Below, in pieces: positions 1 to 9,862 of a DNA stretch of 64,000 nucleotides; position 1 is the first letter of the stretch, and each line of letters begins with the position of its first letter. A model generated the notes under the pieces. It was not told where the DNA came from. It was given only the letters and a program-made list of their open reading frames with translations, and made no database searches. The stretch comes from a virus (lineage: Duplodnaviria; Caudoviricetes). The DNA lies in the IMG/VR virus record IMGVR_UViG_3300011337_000669. One strand, written 5' to 3'. The position numbers and the translations under genes were made by a program.

Positions 1-94
1 CAAACACTAAAAAGGAAATTTATGATTTATATCATTACACCAATCTTCAACCATTATGGGGGACAGAGAATATGAAAAAAGGGTGTAAAATTGT

Positions 95-1771
95 TTAAGA
101 TTCCTTCCTTAAATCACGGGAATAGTGGTCAAAACGGTCATGTTCGGTTGGAGTTAACAATAACAATCCAGGATTCAATTCTCCTTTTTTCAACAGCTGA
201 TACATATGACTCATCCAGGTTTGTTCGAAAACATGGGCCCAAGTAGTATCTAAAAACATTTTTTGATTACCTGGTCTACTGACAATCTGAGGCCAGTTTG
301 AGTAATAAATTTCACCTTTAGCATAAGGAACCCCCTTATGTGATAAGACAGCATTAAATTGTGTTTTAGGCGCATTTGGGTCTAAACCAATTTCAGGTAA
401 TCTTGGTTTATCTGGCCAAAATTCTGTCCTAACATGTTGTGGAACGTTATACCATGACCACTGAGTACCATTATCACCATAAAACTCAGAATAGTTGAGT
501 TTCAAGAAGTCGAAGTTTTCTTTTTTGATAATTTCTAATGACTTACTATATAAGTTTGGAACATATCGGTTGAATCCATTTCTACAAACTTTACCTTCGT
601 TTGGATAAAAAAACATGTCATCTTCGAAGAACAAATAATAATCCAAATTTGTTTCATTTTGGAAGTGTTCGGCAATCCATTGCCTTCCCCCGCATATTCC
701 TAAGTTATCTTTCTTAATATGTTCGAATCCGAATTCTTCACAAATTAGTGAATATTCCTCAGTAGTTGATAAATCACTCGAGTTGTCTAACAAAAATTTA
801 GTTGTCTTGTTAAGATAATCTTTGTCGTATGCCAACATGGAGTCAATCAAAGTTCTAAATTGTTTCGGACTATTGAACGTGATTACGTAGAGACCTACTT
901 TGTTGGTGTCCAAGTTATTTACAACTTGTACAGAACTTTCGTTTTTAACCTTGAGGTCATCATTTTTCAAGTCCTCAAAAAATTTACCAAATAATCCATT
1001 CCCTTCGATTTCAAAATAATTGAATAGGTCTGAATGTTTATAGCACATGATGCTGAATATTGATTCTTCAGTACCCATGTATCCTTCTTCTAAAGTGCTT
1101 TTTAACAATCCATAATAAATTCCATTAACATCACCAATTGTGTGTTTAGGACCTCCAAAAAAACCACCTCTTGCAACTTTGGTTACTTTATTACCGGCGA
1201 TGGAATTTAACTTGTTATATTCAAATCCATGAATTTCTCTTTCAGCATCATAAGGAAAACTAACAAATGAAAATTTGGAAATATATTTAGATAAGTTGTT
1301 CAAAACTTTATCGTGAGTAAAATAACCTGGATGTACTGTATTAGTTAATCCACCATCAATCCAAAACATATATTCCGAATTGAATTGGTCCATGATTTTG
1401 GCATCGTGTAATAAAAACATTTTTGACATGACCAAAGGATTGTAGTTTTCCAAACGACTTTGCGTAGATTCCTTTAACCACCCCGCCAAATTATGCCATT
1501 CGGGATTTGTTCTAATTTTTTGAATTAACGGAAAAAATTCAGAGTTGGTAAACCAACTAAGTGGTCGGGTAACGAATTGAGTATTTTCAGTGTTTCTTCT
1601 TTTAAAAACAAATTCTTTTAGTTCTTCATCTCCAAAGATGATTAAGTTTTCCTCTACTTCTAATAGTTTTTCAAACTTGTCTAAATAATGTTGATAAGGC
1701 CTTGACCATCCTTCTGTTAATTCTCCACGACCGATATCCCAAATACCTGTTACTAATGTTATATTACTCAT
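95..1771 (-). CDS. Two-domain protein: HtrL/WlaTC(YibB)-like N-terminal domain plus GT-A (GT2-like) glycosyltransferase domain
   Basis: N-terminal TLVTGIWDIGR, YMFWIDGG and GGFFGG motifs typical of HtrL/YibB; C-terminal half has GICGGRQW and a YLFFEDD DxD-type motif. Confidence 0.65.
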   Translation of the reverse strand: MSNITLVTGIWDIGRGELTEGWSRPYQHYLDKFEKLLEVEENLIIFGDEELKEFVFKRRNTENTQFVTRPLSWFTNSEFFPLIQKIRTNPEWHNLAGWLKESTQSRLENYNPLVMSKMFLLHDAKIMDQFNSEYMFWIDGGLTNTVHPGYFTHDKVLNNLSKYISKFSFVSFPYDAEREIHGFEYNKLNSIAGNKVTKVARGGFFGGPKHTIGDVNGIYYGLLKSTLEEGYMGTEESIFSIMCYKHSDLFNYFEIEGNGLFGKFFEDLKNDDLKVKNESSVQVVNNLDTNKVGLYVITFNSPKQFRTLIDSMLAYDKDYLNKTTKFLLDNSSDLSTTEEYSLICEEFGFEHIKKDNLGICGGRQWIAEHFQNETNLDYYLFFEDDMFFYPNEGKVCRNGFNRYVPNLYSKSLEIIKKENFDFLKLNYSEFYGDNGTQWSWYNVPQHVRTEFWPDKPRLPEIGLDPNAPKTQFNAVLSHKGVPYAKGEIYYSNWPQIVSRPGNQKMFLDTTWAHVFEQTWMSHMYQLLKKGELNPGLLLLTPTEHDRFDHYSRDLRKES

Positions 1772-2645
1772 AAATTCTATTTAATTCTTCTAATATTTTA
1801 TAAAAACTTTTATTTTGTTCAAACATTTCATCTGATACACCTTGTGGAGAATTACCTTTGAACCACCATATATCAAAATCTTTTCTTTCGAATAATTCTC
1901 TATGGTTTACGTTCATTAAACTCATAATAATTTCTTCATGTAAAATTGATTTATCCTCACTTATAATCTTTTGAAGATAATCTTCAAATATATTTACAAC
2001 TTCATCCCACCTGTCTCTATGACCTCCGAACAGTCCTCCGATAATATGAATATTTCTATCATATTCTTTATACCATTTAGGGTCAACAGTTCCAGACCAA
2101 TAATTCCTATCATTTTCTTTACCAATAAGGAAAAATTTATCTCCTGTATCTTCAATTAGATTATGTAAAAAATCATTATTAAATAAATTACTTTCATAAT
2201 AACATCTCATTGCACCAACCGCAGTTAAGTATTTATCAGGAATTAAACCACAATGAGATAATCCTGCATCAATCCAATAATAATAATCATAACTCTTATC
2301 TTCTTTCCACCACCAATGAAATTTACTGTATTGTATTTCAACACATCTATCAGATTTTTTTGAATCATCAATATTTTTATATTGATTAATTAATTCTTTA
2401 AACTTGGTATTTGAGATATCAAATACTTCAAATACTAATTTATCTGAAGATATGTTATGTTGGGTATAAAAAAAATCTTTTAAATCTTCAATTTCTCTAT
2501 CTGAAGTATAACATAAAAAATCCGCGTCACTCATTTTTAATAATGATAATAAACTAAATTTGTAATGACCTCCCCTACTTGGTCTTCCTCCAAATTCGGT
2601 TCCATGTAAATCACTGTAAATCGATGTTATAAATTTAATTTTCAT
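1764..2645 (-). CDS. HtrL/WlaTC-like putative glycosyltransferase
   Basis: YYYWIDAGLSHCG, IIGGLFGG and HEEIIMS motifs parallel the neighbouring gene; start moved to ATG 2645 (MKIKFITSIY), which overlaps the upstream stop. Confidence 0.6.
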   Translation of the reverse strand: MKIKFITSIYSDLHGTEFGGRPSRGGHYKFSLLSLLKMSDADFLCYTSDREIEDLKDFFYTQHNISSDKLVFEVFDISNTKFKELINQYKNIDDSKKSDRCVEIQYSKFHWWWKEDKSYDYYYWIDAGLSHCGLIPDKYLTAVGAMRCYYESNLFNNDFLHNLIEDTGDKFFLIGKENDRNYWSGTVDPKWYKEYDRNIHIIGGLFGGHRDRWDEVVNIFEDYLQKIISEDKSILHEEIIMSLMNVNHRELFERKDFDIWWFKGNSPQGVSDEMFEQNKSFYKILEELNRIYE

Positions 2646-3367
2646 ATATTTTCTATAAATCTTTGTGAATAATTTATATTCCCCCAATCCGAAAAATGTG
2701 GTAAATGAAATGGGGCAAAATTATTTGTTGGTTTAATTTTATGTGGAATTTCTGAATAGTAAATTCTACCCATCATATCTCCGTCCTCAGCACCCCACCC
2801 AACATACTTTTCATCAAACCCACCCAAAGATGTTAATAGATTAGTATCGGAAATATAAACTCCGCCTAATCCACCAGTATGATGTCTTAATGGTCCATTT
2901 TCTTTAGGTCCTGAATAAGCATAAGACCAATCGGAATTTTCGATAATAAATTTATCATCAACAATATAATCGGATACATTACTATCTAATTTTGCTAAAT
3001 CAAATGTACAAACATCTCCTTTATCTAAAGATTTAATTAATTCTAAAAGTTTTTCATAATCTTGTTCGTGGAAGAAAGCGTCGCAATCAATTACCATAAA
3101 AAAATCATAATCTTGTTTATCTTTTAGAATTATGTTAGTCTTTTCTGATTTTTTATATACTCCTAAAGGATATGAGATGTGAATTGAGTCGGAAATTATT
3201 TTTTTGGGAGAAAAGTCATATAAAGATGCTTCAGCGGTAATACCGTTGTTATTAAGATAACTTGATAATTTTTTTAATTCTCTCCAAGAAAAATTAACAT
3301 TTCTTATTCTTGTTGAATCAGGTTGCCCGTCATCCCAAAATTTCATATTTAAGGAAATACTATTCAT
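2642..3367 (-). CDS. GT-A glycosyltransferase with GT7C/GT2-like C-terminal motif
   Basis: FMVIDCD DxD motif and GGFDEKYVGWGAEDGD motif. Confidence 0.75.
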   Translation of the reverse strand: MNSISLNMKFWDDGQPDSTRIRNVNFSWRELKKLSSYLNNNGITAEASLYDFSPKKIISDSIHISYPLGVYKKSEKTNIILKDKQDYDFFMVIDCDAFFHEQDYEKLLELIKSLDKGDVCTFDLAKLDSNVSDYIVDDKFIIENSDWSYAYSGPKENGPLRHHTGGLGGVYISDTNLLTSLGGFDEKYVGWGAEDGDMMGRIYYSEIPHKIKPTNNFAPFHLPHFSDWGNINYSQRFIENI

Positions 3368-4295
3368 TTACTAATAATTTAATTCTTTCCCAAACATTAT
3401 ATGTTGGGTTTATAAAAAAATCTTGTTTTAACATTTTAATGTTTTCAACATATTGGGAATATAAGTCTGATTCATTACTAACAATTGATTTAATTTTATC
3501 AATCATTTCTTCCATACTCATGTTGTTAAGTGAGATATAACATCCATCAGGTATTAATTCTGATATGTTTGAACATCCTAAATAAATTGGTACGGTTTCA
3601 GTTAAAATAACATCCCAAAATTTTTCGCTAATATAATTTTTTTGAATTGTGTTTTCGCAGGCAATTGAAAATTTGTATTCATCAAGTCCAACATGTTTAT
3701 TCCACACTTCTCCTTTAATATTTTTACCATTATTTTCCCAATAAGTTCCGTAGATGTCAATTCTTTCATCTGTGGATAAATTAATTCCTAAGTTTGTTCT
3801 TTCTTCGTAATTTATTTTATTAGTATTTGGGTTCTGTAAATGATTGTAGTGACTGTAAGTGTCTTTTCTAACTATGATAGAAATTGGTTTATTCTTTGAA
3901 TAGGTTTTATTTTTTAAATTTAAAGACCAATCCCATTCTTCTCTACTGTCATTTTCTCCTCGTCCAGCATAAAACATAGGTAATAATGTTTCAATATATT
4001 CTTCTCTATCAGGATATTCTAATTTATCGGATATTAATATTTTTGAACAATAATCATGTATCCCATCTTTTGGTTGATTTGGGGACCATAAAGGTTCTTG
4101 TGAGATATAAAAAGTTCTTTCTTTTGGTGTCTCAATTTTATCCCAATCGGTTCTACCAAAAACTATTGTATAGTCTGGATTTTCTGTAACAAATGAATAT
4201 TGATTTAAATCATCATTTGTTACAAATTGTTTTATCATTCTTGCATTTATTGAAGGTGTATTTGTCCACCAACATTCTAATTTTATTTTAATCAT
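3360..4295 (-). CDS. GT10-like (alpha-1,3/4-fucosyltransferase family) glycosyltransferase
   Basis: YKFSIACENT..KNYISEKFWD..LTETVPIYLG is the GT10 signature. Confidence 0.8.
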   Translation of the reverse strand: MIKIKLECWWTNTPSINARMIKQFVTNDDLNQYSFVTENPDYTIVFGRTDWDKIETPKERTFYISQEPLWSPNQPKDGIHDYCSKILISDKLEYPDREEYIETLLPMFYAGRGENDSREEWDWSLNLKNKTYSKNKPISIIVRKDTYSHYNHLQNPNTNKINYEERTNLGINLSTDERIDIYGTYWENNGKNIKGEVWNKHVGLDEYKFSIACENTIQKNYISEKFWDVILTETVPIYLGCSNISELIPDGCYISLNNMSMEEMIDKIKSIVSNESDLYSQYVENIKMLKQDFFINPTYNVWERIKLLVNE

Positions 4296-4312
4296 AATTT
4301 ACTTTATTTTAA

Positions 4313-4912
4313 TTATATAATGTCTAAAGATAAACTATTATATCTAACAAATTTATCAGGACAGTATTTAAAAATATGTTCGTCTTTTAATTGTTTAATA
4401 TCTAATGCGTAATGCCCGTCAGCGTTTCTATAACTGATGTTATGTATATATGTTTTTTTTAACATACGGTATCTAATAATAAAGGACCCAATGTCAAAAA
4501 GACCTAAATTTAATCTATGTTCACCATCACCATACAATCTAATTTTTTCCGTTAAACCTGCTTTTTGTGAAAATAAAACTAAATCAACATCAGAATCCTT
4601 TTCTTCATTATAAGTTGAGATTAAATCCCAAGTAACAACATTATCGTCGTCTAAAAAATAACACCAATCATTATCATCTACTAGTATATTAGTAATAAAA
4701 TAATTCCTTTGTTCATGACCCCAAATATGTAAAGTATCTATCTTATAAAATTTAACTCTATCATCTTCTTTTAAAAAACTAAAATCATCTTCTCCAATGG
4801 TATTGCTGCCCTCAATTAAATGCCAATTAAAATCATCGACTTGATGTTTAATTGTTGAGTATATTGCCTTTAAATTATTATATCGATAAAGAGGAGTGAT
4901 AAAATGTATCAT
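4313..4912 (-). CDS. GT-A fold glycosyltransferase (GT2/GT43-like)
   Basis: FITPLYR start, WCYFLDDDN motif, FDIGSF. Confidence 0.65.
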   Translation of the reverse strand: MIHFITPLYRYNNLKAIYSTIKHQVDDFNWHLIEGSNTIGEDDFSFLKEDDRVKFYKIDTLHIWGHEQRNYFITNILVDDNDWCYFLDDDNVVTWDLISTYNEEKDSDVDLVLFSQKAGLTEKIRLYGDGEHRLNLGLFDIGSFIIRYRMLKKTYIHNISYRNADGHYALDIKQLKDEHIFKYCPDKFVRYNSLSLDII

Positions 4913-5763
4913 ATTATGTAATTTTTGAAAATTAAAGACATTTCATTGTCCGAATCATTCTTCATTTTTTTTAAAGTTAAATTTAAATCAGTTAAATATT
5001 TTTGTCTAAAAAAATCGTAATTCTCTAAAATGTTATTTATGGTTTCAACCATCTTATCATACGGAGACCATATGATATGTTCATGATATGGAATATGTTC
5101 TTTATATGGAGATTCTTCACTAATAACTAATATTCCTGTCATTAATGCCGGTAAAACTCTTAATTCTTCTAAAGTACAATATTTGTCTGTTTGGTGTATA
5201 TTAACTAATACTTTATACTCATCCATGACACTTTTAATAATATCCTTAGAATACATAACACTACCTCCACACACATTATGAAAATAGTCCATATCAACTT
5301 TTTGATGGATGTTACGTCTTCTTGAACTTGAACTATGGATTGTTAAACAATTTTTAACCCTATTACCAATGTTATCTATATTGGTAATATCATATATTAA
5401 CGGGGGATAATATCGAAAAACATCAAAATTTTTTTTAAAGTGTTCTGATGTTTTTATATTGTTAATATTTGCGTTTGAGTATTCAAAAACCGATTGTAAT
5501 TTAATTAATTCTTCAAATCTATATACCTCACAAGAATAAATACCATTCCCATTATTAGTAATTGTGTGTTCATATTGAAAATCTAAATTAATATCTTTTA
5601 ATATATTATCACATCCAAAATTAATTGAATATGGAATATTATTTTTAGTTAAAAATAAAATTATAGTATTAAGAATATATTGATAATATTCGTTTAAATT
5701 TGAATTATCATATTTAGTTTCATAAAATAATTCACTGTTATTAACTATTTTACTTTTAATCAT
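4909..5763 (-). CDS. Putative GT-B glycosyltransferase-like protein
   Basis: C-terminal YKVLVNIH...LEELRVLPALMTGILVISEES resembles a GT-B nucleotide-sugar binding segment; operon context. Confidence 0.5.
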   Translation of the reverse strand: MIKSKIVNNSELFYETKYDNSNLNEYYQYILNTIILFLTKNNIPYSINFGCDNILKDINLDFQYEHTITNNGNGIYSCEVYRFEELIKLQSVFEYSNANINNIKTSEHFKKNFDVFRYYPPLIYDITNIDNIGNRVKNCLTIHSSSSRRRNIHQKVDMDYFHNVCGGSVMYSKDIIKSVMDEYKVLVNIHQTDKYCTLEELRVLPALMTGILVISEESPYKEHIPYHEHIIWSPYDKMVETINNILENYDFFRQKYLTDLNLTLKKMKNDSDNEMSLIFKNYII

Positions 5764-6506
5764 AAATTTTCTTTATTATCCATAAAAAATTTTTCGTAAG
5801 GATATAATTGAACATCCTCCAATAATTGATCACATTCTATTTCTTCAGGAAAATAATATATATCCCCATTACATTTATACTTTTGGTTGAAAATATAATC
5901 CCTGTTAAAGAAAGAATATTTACCTATACCACTTTTTATATGTTCATGTCTTATATCTGAAATAATATTTTCAATCCCTCCGGAGTTTAATCTAAAAACT
6001 TTTTTTCCTTTTTGTTTATTTAACCGATACATAATATCCCCATCTTCTTCTCCAAACCCAATTAATCGTTCATCAAAATATCCTAACTCATCAATAAATT
6101 TTTTATTAGCAACAAAAAATGAGAATGTATTGTTAATAGTACTTAATCCAAAATATTCGGGGTTTTTAATGTGGTTAGAGACAATTTCAAACATCTCATC
6201 AGAAGTAACATTGATGTCATCATTTAATATCAATAAATCTTCTTTAGTTGAGTGTATTAATAATGTGTTCCACATTTTAGATAGTCCTCTAGTCTCAACA
6301 AAAAATATTGGAAATACATTTTTATAGTTAAGGCATAATGACAACATTTTTTGTCTGTATTCTTCAGAAAAGTTTGAATCCTTTTCTCCGTTAATACATA
6401 TTAAAATATTGTTATCAACACCTAAAGTTCTAATACTTTTCACTAATGATTCCACAAAATCATATCGTAATGAAAAAGTTGTAATGCCAATATCAAAATT
6501 ATTCAT
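5760..6506 (-). CDS. GT2-family glycosyltransferase
   Basis: LLILNDDI and YFDERLIGFGEEDGD motifs. Confidence 0.75.
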   Translation of the reverse strand: MNNFDIGITTFSLRYDFVESLVKSIRTLGVDNNILICINGEKDSNFSEEYRQKMLSLCLNYKNVFPIFFVETRGLSKMWNTLLIHSTKEDLLILNDDINVTSDEMFEIVSNHIKNPEYFGLSTINNTFSFFVANKKFIDELGYFDERLIGFGEEDGDIMYRLNKQKGKKVFRLNSGGIENIISDIRHEHIKSGIGKYSFFNRDYIFNQKYKCNGDIYYFPEEIECDQLLEDVQLYPYEKFFMDNKENL

Positions 6507-6507
6507 A

Positions 6508-7896
6508 TTATAAATTATTTTTAATTTTTTGATTTATTTGAATTTTAAACTCTTTATACCAATTAAAAACATTAGTATGTAATTTTACATAATCTTCTTC
6601 GTTCATTTTATAATAATTAGTAATTTCATCCCAAGAATTAACTACAGGTAATGGAGAATTTCCCCAAACTTTAGTAAAATATTCTAAGTTATTATAATTT
6701 TTTAAAATTGGTATTGACCCTGATTCTAAACTCTCCATCAATCTAAATGAGTCAGGATGAACCCATCCCATAGGACATGGAACAAATTTTGTTTTATTGT
6801 AAATTGAAATACATTCATCTTGTGTTAAAGATGTTGAACAATTCCAAGAATTTGTTTTATGTATAAAAGTATTTTCCATATTTTCCATTACAGATAGTAA
6901 CTCTTGTCTATCTGATTTTGGTTGTCCAATAAAGGCAAATTCATATTCTTTTGTCTCTAAATAATTTTCATTTTTGTTAACAAACCCTGTTTTTACTCCT
7001 AAAGGAATAAATGTAACATTTTCATGATTAATATTTGAGTCATAATAATTTCTAAATACATGTTTAGCTTTTGAGTAATAATCACAGTTATGACTTAAGT
7101 TCTCATTAGAGAAATGTAATAAATAAAAAGTATAACCGAGTTCGACAAATTTATTTAAATAGTTATTAAAATCATCAGATATGTTATTTGAATTATTGGA
7201 ATAAATTATTACAGAATTATCTAATACTGTTGATAGTTGACCATCGTCAAATATTTTGTTGTGTTCAATATTTTTAAATAAAACTTCTGTGGTATATTCA
7301 AATTCAAAAGTCGTTTGGTCTCCATTAAATGTTTGCCAAATTAAGTTAAGAGGTTTTGTTTGCTTTCTATGAATTAAAAGTTTATTGTTATTATGTAATT
7401 CAAAAGGAATGTTTTTTTCTTTAAACCATTCTATAGTATTTACACAATCATATGCGTGTAAATCCTCAATAATGTATAAACCATTTTCTTTTAACTGAGG
7501 ATATAATGCCTCAAAACTTTTAATATGGTGAAAATGAGTATGAAGTCCATCATCAATGACGATATCATAATCACCTCCATATTCGACAACACATTTGTTT
7601 AAATCCTCAGTTACACTTTGATCGCCAATGAATATTCGAACATTTCCTTTTTCATAATTTTTACAATCTTGGTTTATATCAAAACCAATAAAATCTATGT
7701 TTGAAAAAAACTCAGTCCACATTTGTATTGAAGCTCCAGGAAATCTTGGGTCGGCAATACCTATTTCTAACATTTTAATTTTTTCGTCTTTTAATGGATA
7801 AAATAATTTTTGATATGTTTCGGTATAAGAGTGATATTCAAAATGTTGAGTACCTTTATCAGTACCAAGTCTATTTGCTATTTCTGTTAGTGTCAT
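6508..7896 (-). CDS. Fusion of a class I SAM O-methyltransferase and an exostosin/GT47-like glycosyltransferase
   Basis: N-terminal GTDK, MLEIGI, FIGDQS, DIVIDDGLH, YIIEDLH; C-terminal FIGQ..SDRQ and KFVPCPMG..HPDSFRLMESLESGSIPI. Confidence 0.7.
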   Translation of the reverse strand: MTLTEIANRLGTDKGTQHFEYHSYTETYQKLFYPLKDEKIKMLEIGIADPRFPGASIQMWTEFFSNIDFIGFDINQDCKNYEKGNVRIFIGDQSVTEDLNKCVVEYGGDYDIVIDDGLHTHFHHIKSFEALYPQLKENGLYIIEDLHAYDCVNTIEWFKEKNIPFELHNNNKLLIHRKQTKPLNLIWQTFNGDQTTFEFEYTTEVLFKNIEHNKIFDDGQLSTVLDNSVIIYSNNSNNISDDFNNYLNKFVELGYTFYLLHFSNENLSHNCDYYSKAKHVFRNYYDSNINHENVTFIPLGVKTGFVNKNENYLETKEYEFAFIGQPKSDRQELLSVMENMENTFIHKTNSWNCSTSLTQDECISIYNKTKFVPCPMGWVHPDSFRLMESLESGSIPILKNYNNLEYFTKVWGNSPLPVVNSWDEITNYYKMNEEDYVKLHTNVFNWYKEFKIQINQKIKNNL

Positions 7897-7907
7897 AGAT
7901 TAATGAG

Positions 7908-8513
7908 TTACTTCTTTTTTATTATTGATGTAACACTTTGATTATACTCTGGAGTTTTAGACCATATTCTAATATCGGAGACATTATTTTTTATGTATTC
8001 CTTTTCATCATCTAAGATATGATTGGACGCAATGTTGTTAGTAAATTTAAATGATTGTAACATATCTAAAGTAGTTATTAAATCATCAGGAAAAATAGTT
8101 CCAAAATTTTCTAATCTTGATGTATGTAAGTCTTCTAAAATATAAATTCCACCTTTCTTTAATCTTTTAAATAATATTCCAAACGATACTTGTTGTTGTT
8201 TCATTGTGTGACCACCATCATCAATAATTATGTCAAACTCAACATCAACTTCTTTTAAAAAACCATCTAAAGAGTTTCTATCTTCTTGATTAACAATGTA
8301 TGTTTTAACTCTTTCTTCATCATATTGAGTTTTATCTTCAATGTCAATTCCGTAAATGTTACCATCTTTAAATTTATCTGATAGGTATTTAAGACTTCCA
8401 CCATAATATACTCCAATCTCTAATATATGTTTACTATTACTTAAATCATTAAAATATGGTTCGTAAACATCTATGAATCCATGTTCGTATTTATCCGTAT
8501 TATATTTTTTCAT
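7908..8513 (-). CDS. Class I SAM-dependent (sugar O-)methyltransferase
   Basis: ILEIGVYYGGS, IYGIDI, FDIIIDDGGH, GGIYILEDLHTS. Confidence 0.8.
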   Translation of the reverse strand: MKKYNTDKYEHGFIDVYEPYFNDLSNSKHILEIGVYYGGSLKYLSDKFKDGNIYGIDIEDKTQYDEERVKTYIVNQEDRNSLDGFLKEVDVEFDIIIDDGGHTMKQQQVSFGILFKRLKKGGIYILEDLHTSRLENFGTIFPDDLITTLDMLQSFKFTNNIASNHILDDEKEYIKNNVSDIRIWSKTPEYNQSVTSIIKKK

Positions 8514-8524
8514 ATATTTTTTTT

Positions 8525-9787
8525 TTAACTTGTATGGTTATGAGATAGTTGTCCTGTTATCCTATCGCACCATCCTTTTGATACTGAGTGAGGCCAAACA
8601 ACCCAATGTGTTGGTAGTACTGTTGTAGGAAACTCTCTCCATACTTTACAATACTTATCAGGGTCTCTCATAAATCCATCAATTTCATTTTTGTCTGCGT
8701 CTCTTCGGTAAAGAGTTTCATCATTCGGTCCGTGGAATGCCACAACCCAAAAGTCATAATCGGTTTCAGTAACTTGTGAATATCCAATATCTATACAATG
8801 TTTAAATATTGTTGAGAAGCTATTTTTCCATTCTTCTTCATCTTCAATAACAGGACTTGGTGCGTATTTTTTATCTAAACAATGTTGGTCAACCGCTCTT
8901 TTTTCAAATAACAGTCCAGCATATCTTTCATACTCTCTAAGAGTTCTCACCGTTCCAAATCCGTATGGACCATCATGACCTTCTTGAGTTTCACCATCCA
9001 TACCGAATAGTTTTCTATTTGTTAAGTGAGAGTGTTTATTCTTATCTCCCCAAGCCTTATCATCATCCCATTGCTTAACGCGACCTTTACGAGTATATTC
9101 GTGATAAACAACAGGAATATGTGGGTGAAACAAATCATATCCATAGGTGTATGCTCTTGCTGCGATGGAGATTTCTTCTCCGTGGAAATAGTATTCAGGG
9201 TTGTGTTGTACTTCAGTAGAGAATTGTCCTAGAGTAAAACAGAAGTGAGCGGAATAGAATCTTGCAGTTACAGGTTTTGTCATTTCTCTCCAACCTGGAA
9301 TTGTTTCAGGTAAGAAGAATACTGCTCCTTCAGGGATGAATCTATCGAATGCCATTCTCCAAGCGTCTTGTGCTCTGCCTGCTGGATCATTTTCAGGGTC
9401 AAATGATGGTACATAACCTGTTAATAAAGGTTTCTTATATCCATCCTTTTGTAATCCTTTAATCATCTTAATTAGGACATCATCCCAATCTTTAATAAAC
9501 CTCATGTGAGAATCAATCTGTAAGGTATATTCTTCACCATCATAAAGTTGTTGAGTAAGATTTCTTGCGAAGCAAACACCTTTGGATTCTTGATAGGGGA
9601 TATCTAATATTTTGAATCTTTTATCTTTTCGATAATCTTCTAATTTATCAAAACCATCTTCATCACTAAATTGTCTTGCGATTGAGAATACTAAATTTTT
9701 AGGGTACTTAGCATTTGCCAACATATCTTTAATTGTTGGTTCTAATTGTGGGTCTCTATAAGAGGCTATCTGAATAAAAATTTTCAT
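8525..9787 (-). CDS. GT60-like polypeptide alpha-GlcNAc transferase (Skp1 Gnt1 / trypanosome OGNT family)
   Basis: IFIQIASYRDP start, GVCFARN, LQIDSHMRF..WD (DSH motif), FYSAHFCF, FHGEEI, YHEY. Confidence 0.8.
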   Translation of the reverse strand: MKIFIQIASYRDPQLEPTIKDMLANAKYPKNLVFSIARQFSDEDGFDKLEDYRKDKRFKILDIPYQESKGVCFARNLTQQLYDGEEYTLQIDSHMRFIKDWDDVLIKMIKGLQKDGYKKPLLTGYVPSFDPENDPAGRAQDAWRMAFDRFIPEGAVFFLPETIPGWREMTKPVTARFYSAHFCFTLGQFSTEVQHNPEYYFHGEEISIAARAYTYGYDLFHPHIPVVYHEYTRKGRVKQWDDDKAWGDKNKHSHLTNRKLFGMDGETQEGHDGPYGFGTVRTLREYERYAGLLFEKRAVDQHCLDKKYAPSPVIEDEEEWKNSFSTIFKHCIDIGYSQVTETDYDFWVVAFHGPNDETLYRRDADKNEIDGFMRDPDKYCKVWREFPTTVLPTHWVVWPHSVSKGWCDRITGQLSHNHTS

Positions 9788-9811
9788 TTGATTTATATTT
9801 TATTATAAAAT

Positions 9812-9846
9812 AAAAAACCCTACACGAAGGTGAAGGGTTTTTTTAT
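9812..9846 (-). terminator. Intrinsic terminator separating the Thr/Pro-rich gene cluster from the left glycan operon
   Basis: Imperfect hairpin AAAAAACCCTACAC..GTGAAGGGTTTTTTT flanked by A and T runs. Confidence 0.7.
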
Positions 9847-9862
9847 ATATTTTATTTTATTT

